From Zoogloea sp. (GTDB lineage Bacteria > Pseudomonadota > Gammaproteobacteria > Burkholderiales > Rhodocyclaceae), in NCBI GenBank assembly GCA_016789125.1, contig JAEUNU010000140.1, positions 6,338 to 70,337 of the forward strand: DNA of 64,000 bases. Reading direction: 5' to 3'. This document shows positions 38,929 through 51,421 of the stretch, one piece after another. A program made the position numbers and the translations under genes. The first letter of the stretch is position 1. Every line of letters starts with the position of its first letter. Below the pieces are notes generated by a model. It was given only the letters and a program-made list of their open reading frames with translations. It did no database searches and was not told where the DNA came from.

Positions 38929-40491
38929 TCACCCCACCCTGGCCAGCAACAGCCAGACAGTCATTGCGCCAAACAAACCGACAAGGGCTCCGACCCCACC
39001 GAGAAAGAAGATCCGCCCGCGTCGCTGCACCCGCATGCGGTCAGGATCGGCGATCATGCTGACGGCGCCGAGCACCGCAAGCCCGGTCACCTCGCGCAGG
39101 ACCTGAGTATCCGAGAAGGTCGGACGGATCTGGCTGGTCAGGAAGCTCACCGCTGCACCGAGCAAGAGCGCCAGGACGCCGGCACCCGGCATCAGGAGCA
39201 GCCGGTTGGGCGCGGACGGCTTGGCCGGCACCGTGGGCGGGTCGATCAGACGGAAATCGGCCACGCCCGAGGTGGCGCCCATCTCGACGGCCATGGTCGC
39301 CGACTCCCGGCGGGCCACCAGCGCATCGTAGTTCTTCTTGTTGACGTCGTAGTCACGGTTGAGCTGGGTGTACTCGGTCTCGAGCTGGGGCAGCATCCGC
39401 GATGCGGCGGAGAGCTGCTGGACGCGGCTCTCGTATTCGCTGACACGGGCCTTCAGCGAAGCCACGTTGGCTTCGGCCTCGCCGAGGGAGATCTTCATCT
39501 GCTGCATGACCGGGCTGGACCCCACCCCGACCATCGCCGGGCCGTTGCCCATGGTCTTGCGACGGATCTGGATTTCCTGGGCCTTCTGGGCCTCGAGCTC
39601 CTCGATGAGCTTGCGGGCGGCAACCACGTCGGGGTGCTGATCGGTGTACTTGAGCAGCAGGGCGTCGAGGGATTTCTTCTGGGACTCGATGCGGCCATCG
39701 AGCTCGGGCACCGACACGCTCGCCAGGGAAGCACTGGACATGCGCTCGGGGAGGATCATGGAATCCTCGCCGGTGAACTGCCGTTTGAGGGCGTCGCGGG
39801 AGTTCTCGGCCTCGCGCAGCGCGAGCCGGGCCTGGTTGAGCTGCTCGGTGGCATCGGTCATCTTGCGGAAGTAGTCCGGCGCACCCGAGCCCACGGTGTT
39901 CATGTTGCGCAGCTTGTATTCCTTCAGCCGGTTCTCGGCATCGACCAACCGCTGCTCGTAGGCCTTGATCTGCTCCTCGATGAAGCGCCGGGCGGTGTCG
40001 GAATCCTTGCGCTTGTCACCAAGGCCGGACTCGACGAAGATCGACACCATCGACTGGACGACCCGCTTGGCCCGCTGGGCGTCGGTGTCGGTGTAGGCCA
40101 GCGTGTAGATGTTGTCGCGGCCCGCCTCGCGGATCTGCAGCGCCTTGGTCACCGAGACGATCAACGCCTCGCGCTCTTCCTTGGTCTTGGCCGCCAGATC
40201 GAGGTCGGCCATGCGGATCAGCTTCTCGACGTTGGGTCGGCTGATGAGCGTGCGACTGAGGATGTTGATCTGCTGGTCGACGTTGGGTTGCACCGCCAGC
40301 CCGGACATCAGCGGCTTAAGGATGGACTGGGTGTCCACGTAGACACGCGCCGAAGCCTCGTATCGGTCGGGCTGCAGGTAGACAGCCGCCGCAGCAATCG
40401 GACCAACGATCCACGCAGCGGCCAGGCCCCACCAGCGATAGAGCCACATGCCGCGGAGGATCACCGACAGCTGTCTCAATATATCTTCCAT
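38929..40491 (-). CDS. Polysaccharide chain-length determinant (Wzz/Wzc N-terminal), PEP-CTERM locus
   Basis: YEASARVYVDTQSILKPL, YTDQHPDV, LNRDY and FRLIDPP..P. Two TM helices. Confidence 0.9.
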   Translation of the reverse strand: MEDILRQLSVILRGMWLYRWWGLAAAWIVGPIAAAAVYLQPDRYEASARVYVDTQSILKPLMSGLAVQPNVDQQINILSRTLISRPNVEKLIRMADLDLAAKTKEEREALIVSVTKALQIREAGRDNIYTLAYTDTDAQRAKRVVQSMVSIFVESGLGDKRKDSDTARRFIEEQIKAYEQRLVDAENRLKEYKLRNMNTVGSGAPDYFRKMTDATEQLNQARLALREAENSRDALKRQFTGEDSMILPERMSSASLASVSVPELDGRIESQKKSLDALLLKYTDQHPDVVAARKLIEELEAQKAQEIQIRRKTMGNGPAMVGVGSSPVMQQMKISLGEAEANVASLKARVSEYESRVQQLSAASRMLPQLETEYTQLNRDYDVNKKNYDALVARRESATMAVEMGATSGVADFRLIDPPTVPAKPSAPNRLLLMPGAGVLALLLGAAVSFLTSQIRPTFSDTQVLREVTGLAVLGAVSMIADPDRMRVQRRGRIFFLGGVGALVGLFGAMTVWLLLARVG

Positions 40492-40550
40492 TGGGAGAAT
40501 CCGAATGCAACCCCCCGGCCCTCAGACCGGGGAGGAAATCAAATGAATGC

Positions 40551-41156
40551 TCAGAACCAGCTCTGAGGAATGATGAGCACGTCGCCCGGCTTCAGTTCGA
40601 CGTTGGCCGAGACGTCGCCGCGCTTGACCAGGTCCTTGAGGCGCACCGAGTACTGCTTGTTGCCCTCGGAGGTCCGCATCAGGGTTGCCCGGTTGCCGTC
40701 GGCGAAGTCGGTGATGCCGCCGACCGCGATCATCACGTCGAGCACAGACATCTTCTGGCGGTAGGGCAGCGTCTGCGGCCTGGCCGCCTCGCCGATCACG
40801 CGGATCTGCTGGGAGTAAGGCCCGACGAAGCCCCCGACGATCACGGTCACGACCGGGTCGCGGATGTACTTGCCCAGCGCCTGCTCGATCTCGCGGGCGA
40901 GGGTCGTGGAATCACGGCCGGCCGCCGGAAGATCCTCGACCAGCGGCGCGGTGATCTTGCCGTCCGGCCGCACGGCGACCGACATCGACAGCTCCGGGTT
41001 GCGCCAGACCACGATGTTCACGCTATCGCCAGGACCGATCAGATAGTTGTAGTCGGCATTATCAGCGGTTGCCGGAGCCGGCGGATAGGTCGTGGCACAG
41101 CCGGCCAGACCTGCCAGGGCACAGGCCAGCAAGCCTGTCGTCAGAAAACGTTTCAT
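40551..41156 (-). CDS. wza: Polysaccharide export lipoprotein (Wza-like)
   Basis: Lipobox LAGC, YLIGPGD, VRPDGKIT and PGDVLIIPQSWF. Confidence 0.9.
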   Translation of the reverse strand: MKRFLTTGLLACALAGLAGCATTYPPAPATADNADYNYLIGPGDSVNIVVWRNPELSMSVAVRPDGKITAPLVEDLPAAGRDSTTLAREIEQALGKYIRDPVVTVIVGGFVGPYSQQIRVIGEAARPQTLPYRQKMSVLDVMIAVGGITDFADGNRATLMRTSEGNKQYSVRLKDLVKRGDVSANVELKPGDVLIIPQSWF

Positions 41157-41350
41157 AAGCTACTTCCCCTGATTGCGGCCGTATTTCAGCCTTTGAACGA
41201 TAACATGCGGATATTACGGCAGACGGTACACGGGCCCGGAGAAAAACGTCACGCAACCCTGGAAAGGGTACATGACTTCGCCATGCAAAGACGTAAAAAA
41301 TCTGCACCGGGCAAGGCCCGGCGCCGATGATAGCCGATTGGCGAGCCGTT

Positions 41351-42640
41351 CTAGAAGGACCAGCGCGCCTCGGTATAGACCCTGTCCCGATCCGAATATC
41401 GACCGAAAGCACCGGTGGCGTCGCCGCCGAACACGTCCGCGCCGAACACGAGCCGCCAGTTCTTGCTCGCGGACCAGATCACCCGGGGGCGGAGCATGAA
41501 ATCGGTACGCTTCAGCATCGATACGTAGAGCACCTCGCCCTCCCAGGCCGTCGCGAGCTTGGTGTTCAGGAGGATGCTGGCCCCGTCCTCGACCCGATCA
41601 AGCCCGATCGCGGGATTGTGGTCGAAGGTGCGGCGGCCGAAATACTGCAGATTGACACGGCCGTCACGGAAGGCCGGGATGTCGACGCCGAAGGCATAGT
41701 CCATGGTGTTCTGCGCCACCAGCCCGTCCGGATTAAGCACCGGGTTGAAGGTGTTGTACTTGCGCCCACGGGCATGCACCATCTCGCCCTTCAGCACGAA
41801 CTCGCCGAAGTCCTTCGCCATCGTTCCGCCGATCTGGGTGATGCGGTCGTGGCGCGGCTCGAACTCGTTGCCGATCTGGTAGAAGGTCTGGGCGACGTCG
41901 AGGCTGCGGTAGTAGAAACCGGACAGATCCCAACCCCCGAACTGCCGTGACAAGCGGGCACCCCAGTTACTGTTGCCGAGGGTGTTGTCGGGCTTGACCT
42001 CGCCTCGCACCCGCGTGCCCTGGGGCAAGGGCAGCGGGTAGAACTCGGCGCCGGGCTTGCCGATCCGGTCGTAGCTGGGAACGGGGATCCAGACCAGTTC
42101 GGCATGCGTGTCGCCGAAATAGTACTCGGCCCGCGCAGCCCACTGGGGAATCCGCAGCTGCTCGAACTCCGGCAGGTAGAAGGTTCGCAGATCGCGGGCA
42201 GAGACGACGTCGGCAAAGAACAGGCCGACCATCTCGCCCCACACGATGTGCTGGCGGCCGAGCCGGATGTCCACGTCGCCGGCGGAGAAATCCAGGTAGG
42301 TCTCGCGCAGATCGAACTGGTACTGCTGGTCACGTCGCACCGCATCCGGGTAGAAACCCGAGTCGATGGCGAACACCGCATCGGCGTCGGCGCGGCCGGA
42401 GATCTTCCACTTCACCCCCTGGCTGCCGCCCTGGGCGGTGAGCTCGGCCCGGGCCCGGGCCATGGACCAGTGCTCGGGACGCGCGTAGGTGCGCGCCACG
42501 TCGAACTGCAGGACCCCGGTGGTCCTGGCGCCCTCCTCTGCCGACTCGTCGAGCGCGAGCTCGTCGTCGGCCGCCTGGGCCGACGCAATGCACAGCAGCA
42601 TCGAACACGCCGCTGCACTGCGGCGAAAAATATGGGTCAT
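41351..42640 (-). CDS. Outer-membrane beta-barrel protein, DUF1302-like
   Basis: Signal peptide, LRETYLD, RLGRQHIVWG and C-terminal FG.Y..DRVY.EARWSF. Confidence 0.7.
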   Translation of the reverse strand: MTHIFRRSAAACSMLLCIASAQAADDELALDESAEEGARTTGVLQFDVARTYARPEHWSMARARAELTAQGGSQGVKWKISGRADADAVFAIDSGFYPDAVRRDQQYQFDLRETYLDFSAGDVDIRLGRQHIVWGEMVGLFFADVVSARDLRTFYLPEFEQLRIPQWAARAEYYFGDTHAELVWIPVPSYDRIGKPGAEFYPLPLPQGTRVRGEVKPDNTLGNSNWGARLSRQFGGWDLSGFYYRSLDVAQTFYQIGNEFEPRHDRITQIGGTMAKDFGEFVLKGEMVHARGRKYNTFNPVLNPDGLVAQNTMDYAFGVDIPAFRDGRVNLQYFGRRTFDHNPAIGLDRVEDGASILLNTKLATAWEGEVLYVSMLKRTDFMLRPRVIWSASKNWRLVFGADVFGGDATGAFGRYSDRDRVYTEARWSF

Positions 42641-42681
42641 CAGTCTTACTCCAGCGTTTTCTTGGTGTTTCGCGGAGGCCG

Positions 42682-43482
42682 TCAGGCCTCGGGGTTGATT
42701 TCCGGCCCCTCTTCGCCCTTGCTCTGGTCGTGCACGAACTTCCATGAGCCATCGGGGAGCTTGAGCCCGAGCTTCATGATCCGCCCGTCTTCCATCCGGA
42801 CCTGGGTATCGGCCCGCTCCATCACGCGCCGGTCATGGGTTGAGAAAACGAAGGTCGTGCCGCGCTCGACGTTGATCTTCTGCATCAGGTCGAGAATTCC
42901 CGCGCCGGTCTTGCGGTCGAGGTTGGCGGTGGGCTCGTCGGCAAGCACGACCCGGGAGTTGGTGACCAGGGCGCGTGCAATCGCGACCCGCTGGCGCTGC
43001 CCCCCGGAGAGCTGATTTGGTCGATGGCTGGCATACTTGCTGAGCCCGACGATACCGAGGTAGGTGCGGACCCGCTCCCGCCGCTCGTCGCGGCTGATCT
43101 CGGGCATCTGCAGCAGCGGATACTCGACGTTCTCCTCGGCCGACAGCACCGGAAGCAGGTTGAAGGTCTGGAAGACGAAGCCGATTGTCCGGGCGCGGAT
43201 CTCGGCGAGTTCGTCGGGCGCCTGCCCGGAGACATCCCGGCCATCGATGATCACCTGGCCCTTGCTAGGCGTATCAATGCACCCCATGATGTTCAGGAGG
43301 GTGGACTTGCCGCTTCCCGACGACCCCGCGATCGCCATGAAACGCCCCTCCTCGACCTTCAGATTGACGTGCTTGAGCGCGAGGACATTCTGATCTCCGA
43401 GACGGTAGAGCTTGCTAACGTCCCTGATCTCTATGATCATTTTTTTTGATTCGCCGACAGCGCCATCGTTGGTAATTGGCAT
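42682..43482 (-). CDS. ABC transporter ATP-binding protein, LolD/MacB-like (start may be 43440)
   Basis: GSSGSGKS, GFVFQTFNL, LSGGQRQR, LADEPTANLD and STHD. Confidence 0.92.
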   Translation of the reverse strand: MPITNDGAVGESKKMIIEIRDVSKLYRLGDQNVLALKHVNLKVEEGRFMAIAGSSGSGKSTLLNIMGCIDTPSKGQVIIDGRDVSGQAPDELAEIRARTIGFVFQTFNLLPVLSAEENVEYPLLQMPEISRDERRERVRTYLGIVGLSKYASHRPNQLSGGQRQRVAIARALVTNSRVVLADEPTANLDRKTGAGILDLMQKINVERGTTFVFSTHDRRVMERADTQVRMEDGRIMKLGLKLPDGSWKFVHDQSKGEEGPEINPEA

Positions 43483-43524
43483 CGCCTCACCGATCTATGT
43501 TATTTGCGTCCAAAGGATAACACC

Positions 43525-44313
43525 ATGAGCCTAAAAATTTCCCTTTCGCGCCGCCGAGCCGGCTGCTTCGTTACCCTGTTTGCCGCAATGACACTGATGA
43601 CGGGAGGCGCCAGCCTGGCCGCCGACGACCCCGAGCTGGCACGCAGCATCGTGGCCAAGGCCGACGAGATCCGCTTCCCGGCCGACGGCTTTCAGGTGAT
43701 CATCGACATCGTCTCCACCAGCCCCGGCGAAGACCCCGATGAGCGCAAGTACAAGGTGCTTTCCAAGGGCAACCAGAACACCATCGTCCAGACCCTGGAG
43801 CCTGCCGCAGACCGGGGCCAGGCGCTGCTGATGCGGGGCCGCGACCTGTGGGTCTTCATGCCCAACATCTCCCAGCCCGTGCGCCTTTCGCTCGCCCAGC
43901 GCCTGACCGGCCAGGTCGCCAACGGCGACCTCGCGCGGGCCAGCTTCTCGGGCGACTATGAGCCCAAGATCCTGCGCACCGACACCATCGACGGCGAGAA
44001 GATGCACGTACTGGAGCTCACCGCCGTGGACCGGGGCGTCACCTACGGCAAGGTGCTGTACTGGGTGCGCCAGTCGAACAACTGGCCGCACAAGGCGGAG
44101 TTCTACTCGCTTTCGGATCGCCTGCTGAAGGTGTGCCGCTACGAGAAGTTCCAGAACCTGGGCGGCCGCGTCCGTCCGACCCAGCTGATCATGGAAGACG
44201 CCCTGCGCAAGGGCGACCTGTCGACCCTCCGCTACTCCCAGATGACGGCCAAGGACCTCCCCGACCGGGTGTTCACCAAGCAGTACATGGACAAGCTCAA
44301 CCGCGTCGACTGA
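43525..44313 (+). CDS. Outer-membrane lipoprotein-sorting (LolA-like) periplasmic protein
   Basis: RBS aagga and a signal peptide. EP..DRGQALL, LWVFMP, Y.KVLYWV, K.EFYS and DLPDRVFT. Confidence 0.78.
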   Translation: MSLKISLSRRRAGCFVTLFAAMTLMTGGASLAADDPELARSIVAKADEIRFPADGFQVIIDIVSTSPGEDPDERKYKVLSKGNQNTIVQTLEPAADRGQALLMRGRDLWVFMPNISQPVRLSLAQRLTGQVANGDLARASFSGDYEPKILRTDTIDGEKMHVLELTAVDRGVTYGKVLYWVRQSNNWPHKAEFYSLSDRLLKVCRYEKFQNLGGRVRPTQLIMEDALRKGDLSTLRYSQMTAKDLPDRVFTKQYMDKLNRVD

Positions 44314-44324
44314 GCGCAGGCCGC

Positions 44325-45002
44325 TCAGGCGGAAGGCACGCCCGGGTCGGGCGGCGCAGCAAGCGCCCGGCTCAGGGCGTCGGCGGCAAGCTCAAGCAGC
44401 CTGTCGGGCTCAGGCCGGGGCGGCGAAAGCGCGATCCGCCGGAGCACCCCGCAGATCCGCACATCCAGCCCCTCGAAATCCAGCCCGAGCACGCTCGTAC
44501 CACTGGGCGCGAGCCTGCTCAGCGCGTCCACCAGCCCGGCCTCGGTACGGGCGTCCAGCTGCAGCGGCGGCGGACACGCAACCACCCAGCCGATCCGCCC
44601 GAACCCACCAATGAAGCGCGCCTTGTCTGGCTCCATGCGGAAGAAACGAAAGTCCCCGAGCGTAAGGTAGCCGGCAGCCTCGGGCTGGTAGCGCAGATAA
44701 CGCGCCTGCACGTCTTCGTCGGGCTTCACCGGCAGCACCCTGCCGAGCAGCGTGACACGCGCCTGGTCAAGCCGCCCGCCCTCCCCTTCGAGCACCAGCA
44801 GGCTGGCGCGCGGATCGGCCAGCAGGTTGCGGGTATGTTCCGCCAGGCCGCTGATCAGGAACAGCGGCCGGCAGGCCCCGTCGAGCGCGTAGCGCAGACT
44901 GCTCGTGAAAGGGTAGCCGGCAATGCTGGCGGAGTGGCTGCCCAAGGCCCCGGCCGACCCCAGGCGGAGCAGCCGACGGACTTCGGAAGAGTCGACCTTC
45001 AC
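44325..45002 (-). CDS. Pyridoxamine 5'-phosphate oxidase/HugZ family protein
   Basis: GYPFTS, LISGLAEHTRNL..DPRASL, RVTLLG and RFIGGFG. Confidence 0.82.
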   Translation of the reverse strand: MKVDSSEVRRLLRLGSAGALGSHSASIAGYPFTSSLRYALDGACRPLFLISGLAEHTRNLLADPRASLLVLEGEGGRLDQARVTLLGRVLPVKPDEDVQARYLRYQPEAAGYLTLGDFRFFRMEPDKARFIGGFGRIGWVVACPPPLQLDARTEAGLVDALSRLAPSGTSVLGLDFEGLDVRICGVLRRIALSPPRPEPDRLLELAADALSRALAAPPDPGVPSA

Positions 45003-45024
45003 CCGACGCCCCTTGTCACGCCCC

Positions 45025-45771
45025 TCAGCCGGCGCGCTGCCGACGTGCCTCGAACAGGCACAGGCCGCTGGCCACCGAGACGTTCAGGCTCTCGACGGTG
45101 CCATACATCGGGATGCGGACGAGCTCGTCGCAGGTCTCGCGGGTAAGCCTGCGCAGCCCGTCGCCCTCGGCCCCCAGGACCCAGGCGATCGAGCCCTTCT
45201 GGTCCACGGTGTAAATGGATTTCTCGGCCTCGCCCGCCGCGCCGAGCACCCACACGCCGGCCTCCTGCATCTCGCGCAGCGCCCGGGCGAGGTTGGTGAC
45301 GGTGATGTAGGGTACGGTGTCGGCCGCCCCGCTCGCTACCTTTACCGCCGTGGCGTTGAGGCCCACGGCCTTGTCCTTGGGGGCGATGACGGCGTGGGCG
45401 CCGGCCGCGTCGGCCACCCGCAGGCAGGCGCCGAGGTTGTGGGGATCCTGGATGCCGTCGAGCACCAGGAAGAGTGCCGGCTCGTCGAGGCCGTCGAGCA
45501 CGTCGGCCAGCTTGAGCTCCTTGCGGCGCCCGTCGATGCGGGCCACGACGCCCTGGTGGCGGCGCGTGCCGACCATGCGGTCGAGGCGCTCACCGTCGGA
45601 CGGCAGCACTCGGGTGGACAACTGCTCGGCAGTGCGCAGCAGATCGCGGGCGCGCGGGTCGGTACGCTTGGCATCCACGTAGATCTCGAAGATGGCTTCG
45701 GGATCATGGCGCAGCTTGGCCAGGATGGCGTGAAAACCGTAGATGAGACGGGAACTTGCAGTTTCAGACAC
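45025..45771 (-). CDS. rlmB: 23S rRNA Gm2251 methyltransferase
   Basis: [30 protein letters not shown] and SLNVSVA. Follows rnr. Confidence 0.95.
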   Translation of the reverse strand: MSETASSRLIYGFHAILAKLRHDPEAIFEIYVDAKRTDPRARDLLRTAEQLSTRVLPSDGERLDRMVGTRRHQGVVARIDGRRKELKLADVLDGLDEPALFLVLDGIQDPHNLGACLRVADAAGAHAVIAPKDKAVGLNATAVKVASGAADTVPYITVTNLARALREMQEAGVWVLGAAGEAEKSIYTVDQKGSIAWVLGAEGDGLRRLTRETCDELVRIPMYGTVESLNVSVASGLCLFEARRQRAG

Positions 45772-48235
45772 GAGGTTTCGCTTTCTTCTTTGCGCCGGCA
45801 AGGGAAGTCTTGCCCGGCTTCTTTGCCTTTGCCGGCTTGGCGTCGGCCTTGCTGTCGGACGCCGCCCCGGGTTTCGACGCGGCCTTGGCCTTCTTTGGCT
45901 TGTCGACAGGCTGCGCTACCTCGAGCACTCCGGCCTTCGCCCCCCGACGACGCGGCTTGGCCGGAGTCTCCTGGACGGGCTCCGACGGGAGTTTATCCCG
46001 GGCCGTCTTGCCAACCCGCTCGGTTGCCCGCGCGGGGCCGGCGATGAGGCGGAAGTCGATCTTGCTGGCTTCCATGTTCACCCGCACCAGCTGCACCCGC
46101 ACCCGGTCCGACAGGCGGTAGCGCTCGCCGGTACGCTCGCCGACCAGGGAGTGATGGGCGTCGTCGTAGTGGAAGTAGTCGCTACCGAGATCGGAGATAT
46201 GCACGAGGCCTTCGACAAACACGTCGTCCAGCGCGACAAAAAGCCCGAAAGGTACCACCGCCGAAACGCTGCCGTCGAATTCCTCGCCGATGCGATCCTG
46301 CATGTAGTAGCACTTGAGCCAGTTCTCCACGTCCCGGTCTGCCTCGTCGGCGCGCCTTTCGGTCATCGAGCAGTGCAGGCCGATCTGCTCCCAGTCGCCC
46401 GCCTCCTGGGCCGGCTGGTACTTCTCGGCGGCCAGCACGGCCTTGATCGCCCGGTGCACCAGGAGATCGGGATAGCGCCGGATCGGCGAGGTGAAGTGGG
46501 TGTAGGCCTCGTAGGCCAGGCCGAAGTGGCCCACATTGTCGGGGCTGTACATGGCCTGGCGGAGGGAGCGCAGCATCACCGTCTGCAGCAGCTGCAGGTC
46601 GGGCCGGCCCTGGATCTTCTCAAGCAGGCGGGCGTAGTCGCCGGCGCGGGGCTCTTCGCCACCGCCCAGCTGCAGGCCGAACTCGGCAAAGAACTCGCGC
46701 AGCTTGGCAAGCTTTTCGGGCGTCGGGCCTTCGTGAATCCGGTACAAGGCCGCATGCTCGTGGGTCTGCAGGAACTCGGACGCGCACACGTTGGCAGCCA
46801 GCATGCACTCCTCGATCAGCCGGTGGGCGTCGTTGCGCGTTTCCGGCACGATCTGGGCGATCTTCCCGTTTTCGTCGAAGACCATCCGGGTCTCCTGCGT
46901 CTCGAAGTCGATCGCACCACGCTTGGCCCGGGCCTTCAGCAGCACCCGGAACAGCTTGTCGAGGTTCTGCAGGTGCGGGAGCAGCTCGCCGACGCTCTCG
47001 ATCGCCGCCGCATCCTGCTCGTAGAGCGCCGCGGCCACCTGGTTGTAGGTGAGGCGCGCCTTGGAAAACATAACGGCCGGATAGAAGCGGAACTGCTTGA
47101 TCGCGCCAGTCATCGAGATCGCCATGTCGCACACCATGCACAGGCGCTCCACCTGCGGGTTGAGCGAGCACAGGCCGTTGGACAGCTTCTCGGGCAGCAT
47201 CGGGATCACCCGGCGCGGGAAATACACCGAGTTGCCGCGATCGTAGGCTTCGCCGTCCAGCGCCGAGCCGACCTTCACGTAATGGGACACATCGGCAATC
47301 GCCACCACCAGGCGGAAACCCCGGCCCTGGCGCTCACAGAAAACAGCATCGTCGAAGTCACGGGCGGTCTCGCCGTCGATCGTCACCAGCGGCAGCGCGG
47401 TGAGATCCTCGCGGCCCTTCCAGTCGGTCTTGCGCACCTTGTCGGGCAGGCGGCGGGTCTGCTCCTTGGCCGCGCTCGAGAACTCGAAGGGGAGTTCGTG
47501 CTTGCGCAGCGCGATCTCGATCTCCATCCCAGGGTCGGCATAGTTGCCGAGAATCTCGACGATCTTGCCGACGGGCTGGGCATAGCGCGTGGGCTGCTCG
47601 ACGAGCTCGACCACCACCACCTGCCCGGCCACCGCCCTCTTGGCCTTTACGCCGGGCGCCAGCAGGACCTCCTGGGAGATCCGCCGGTTCTCGGGCACCA
47701 CCAGGGTCACACCGTTCTCGACGAGCACCCGCCCGACGATGCGCGTATTGGCCCGCTCGAGGACTTCAACGACCTTACCCTCCGGACGCCCACGTCGGTC
47801 GAGGCCAGCGATACGCACCATCACCCGGTCGCCGTGGAGCACCTCGCGCATCTCGTTGGGGCCGAGGAAGATGTCCGGCCCCTCTTCATCGGTGACCACG
47901 AAGCCGTAGCCCTCGGGATGGCCCTGGACCCGCCCGCGAATCAGATCCGCCTTGGCCGGCAGCAGATAGGCACCACGGCGGTTGCGGATCACCTGCCCGT
48001 CGCGCTCCATGGCGAACATGCGGCGCTCGAAGAACTCACGCTCGACGGGCTGAATGTCCATCGCATCGGCCAGCTCGCCGAAAGGCAGGGGAACGCCACG
48101 CTCGGCGAGGACCTGCATGATGAATTCCCGACTCGGCAGAGGGAAGTCGTACTTCTGCCATTCCCGCTCAAAGAAGGGATCGCTCTGGCGGAATTTGCTC
48201 GGTTTTTTAGTGTTTTTTGATTTTGAACTTGACAC
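45764..48235 (-). CDS. rnr: Ribonuclease R
   Basis: [33 protein letters not shown], an S1 domain and a basic tail. Confidence 0.96.
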   Translation of the reverse strand: MSSSKSKNTKKPSKFRQSDPFFEREWQKYDFPLPSREFIMQVLAERGVPLPFGELADAMDIQPVEREFFERRMFAMERDGQVIRNRRGAYLLPAKADLIRGRVQGHPEGYGFVVTDEEGPDIFLGPNEMREVLHGDRVMVRIAGLDRRGRPEGKVVEVLERANTRIVGRVLVENGVTLVVPENRRISQEVLLAPGVKAKRAVAGQVVVVELVEQPTRYAQPVGKIVEILGNYADPGMEIEIALRKHELPFEFSSAAKEQTRRLPDKVRKTDWKGREDLTALPLVTIDGETARDFDDAVFCERQGRGFRLVVAIADVSHYVKVGSALDGEAYDRGNSVYFPRRVIPMLPEKLSNGLCSLNPQVERLCMVCDMAISMTGAIKQFRFYPAVMFSKARLTYNQVAAALYEQDAAAIESVGELLPHLQNLDKLFRVLLKARAKRGAIDFETQETRMVFDENGKIAQIVPETRNDAHRLIEECMLAANVCASEFLQTHEHAALYRIHEGPTPEKLAKLREFFAEFGLQLGGGEEPRAGDYARLLEKIQGRPDLQLLQTVMLRSLRQAMYSPDNVGHFGLAYEAYTHFTSPIRRYPDLLVHRAIKAVLAAEKYQPAQEAGDWEQIGLHCSMTERRADEADRDVENWLKCYYMQDRIGEEFDGSVSAVVPFGLFVALDDVFVEGLVHISDLGSDYFHYDDAHHSLVGERTGERYRLSDRVRVQLVRVNMEASKIDFRLIAGPARATERVGKTARDKLPSEPVQETPAKPRRRGAKAGVLEVAQPVDKPKKAKAASKPGAASDSKADAKPAKAKKPGKTSLAGAKKKAKPRV

Positions 48236-48256
48236 AGGTTCTTTCTAATCTATAAT
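48229..48256 (+). promoter_or_regulatory. Consensus sigma70 promoter of the first tRNA-Leu
   Basis: TTGACA-N16-TATAAT followed by a GC-rich discriminator ggcgccc. Confidence 0.85.
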
Positions 48257-48269
48257 GGCGCCCATCGCT

Positions 48270-48354
48270 GCCCAGATGGCGAAATTGGTAGACGCGCTAG
48301 TTTCAGGTACTAGTGCCGCGAGGCGTGGAGGTTCGAGTCCTCTTCTGGGCACCA
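48270..48354 (+). tRNA. tRNA-Leu(CAG), copy 1
   Basis: Acceptor stem gcccaga/tctgggc, anticodon loop ttCAGgt, long variable arm, GTTCGAGTCC and encoded CCA. Confidence 0.96.
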
Positions 48355-48364
48355 AGTTTCAGGT

Positions 48365-48392
48365 AAAGCCGGTCGATTCGACCGGCTTTTTC
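48365..48392 (+). terminator. Rho-independent terminator
   Basis: aaagccggtcga-t-tcgaccggcttttt. Confidence 0.85.
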
Positions 48393-48464
48393 TTTGTCCG
48401 TCATATCTGCAACCATCACCGTCGACACGGCGTTTTGCACGAACAGGATTTGTTGTTGAGGGGC

Positions 48465-48492
48465 TTGCTTAGGCATGTCTTTTGTCTATAAT
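48465..48492 (+). promoter_or_regulatory. Sigma70 promoter of the second tRNA-Leu
   Basis: TTGCTT-N16-TATAAT. Confidence 0.75.
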
Positions 48493-48504
48493 AGCGCCTT
48501 CGTT

Positions 48505-48589
48505 GCCCAGATGGCGAAATTGGTAGACGCGCTAGTTTCAGGTACTAGTGCCGCGAGGCGTGGAGGTTCGAGTCCTCTTCTGGGCACCA
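48505..48589 (+). tRNA. tRNA-Leu(CAG), copy 2 (identical)
   Basis: Same 85-nt sequence as 48270-48354. Confidence 0.96.
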
Positions 48590-48592
48590 AAT

Positions 48593-48624
48593 AAAAAGAC
48601 CGGTCAATCAGGCCGGTTTTTTTT
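48593..48624 (+). terminator. Rho-independent terminator, possibly bidirectional
   Basis: aaaaagaccggtc-aatca-ggccggtttttttt. Confidence 0.78.
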
Positions 48625-48749
48625 CGCCTGCCGTCTTTGGCCGTCGCATCTTGGTCTCATCGAGACGGGAGGCAAAACCAAGCCTCCCTGCCCTGCCTAA
48701 CGCGGCCCCGGATGGTCACCCACCCGGAACCACTCACTCCTCCGCCCGA

Positions 48750-51223
<2,474 letters not shown>

Positions 51224-51235
51224 GGGTAAGGCGCC

Positions 51236-51421
51236 TCAGGAAAAAACAATCAGTATGACGAGGCCGGCGAGCATCGACGCGAAACCGACGAAGCGGATCT
51301 GACCGTCGGCCATGCGGATCAGCCGGCTGAAGGTTTCGCGCCAGGTTGCCGGCGCAACGAAGGGAATCACCCCCTCGAGCACCAGCATCAGCGCGAAAGC
51401 AAGAAGTAGGGTACGCCCCAT
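51236..51421 (-). CDS. DUF2065 (YjeT-like) small membrane protein
   Basis: LMLVLEG..PF..P..WR...QIRF.G. Canonical position after hflC. Confidence 0.85.
   Translation of the reverse strand: MGRTLLLAFALMLVLEGVIPFVAPATWRETFSRLIRMADGQIRFVGFASMLAGLVILIVFS

Noticed and set aside
41157-41350. Sigma54 promoter, PrsR enhancer or ops element upstream of wza
   Set aside because: I found no convincing TGGC-N-TTGC -24/-12 element or GGCGGTAG on the coding strand. acgtaaaaaatctgcac is only suggestive.
43440-43447. T8 homopolymer at the ABC ATPase 5' end as a phase-variation tract
   Set aside because: It is short, and in-frame ATGs directly follow it, so slippage need not inactivate the gene.
15124-44313. 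PEP-CTERM substrate genes and prsK/prsR/prsT
   Set aside because: No VPEP-TM-basic C-terminus or these regulators were seen; they are presumably elsewhere in the genome.
48270-48589. Duplicated tRNA as an attL/attR scar of an integrated element
   Set aside because: Both copies are full length with their own promoter and terminator, only 150 bp apart, and there is no integrase.
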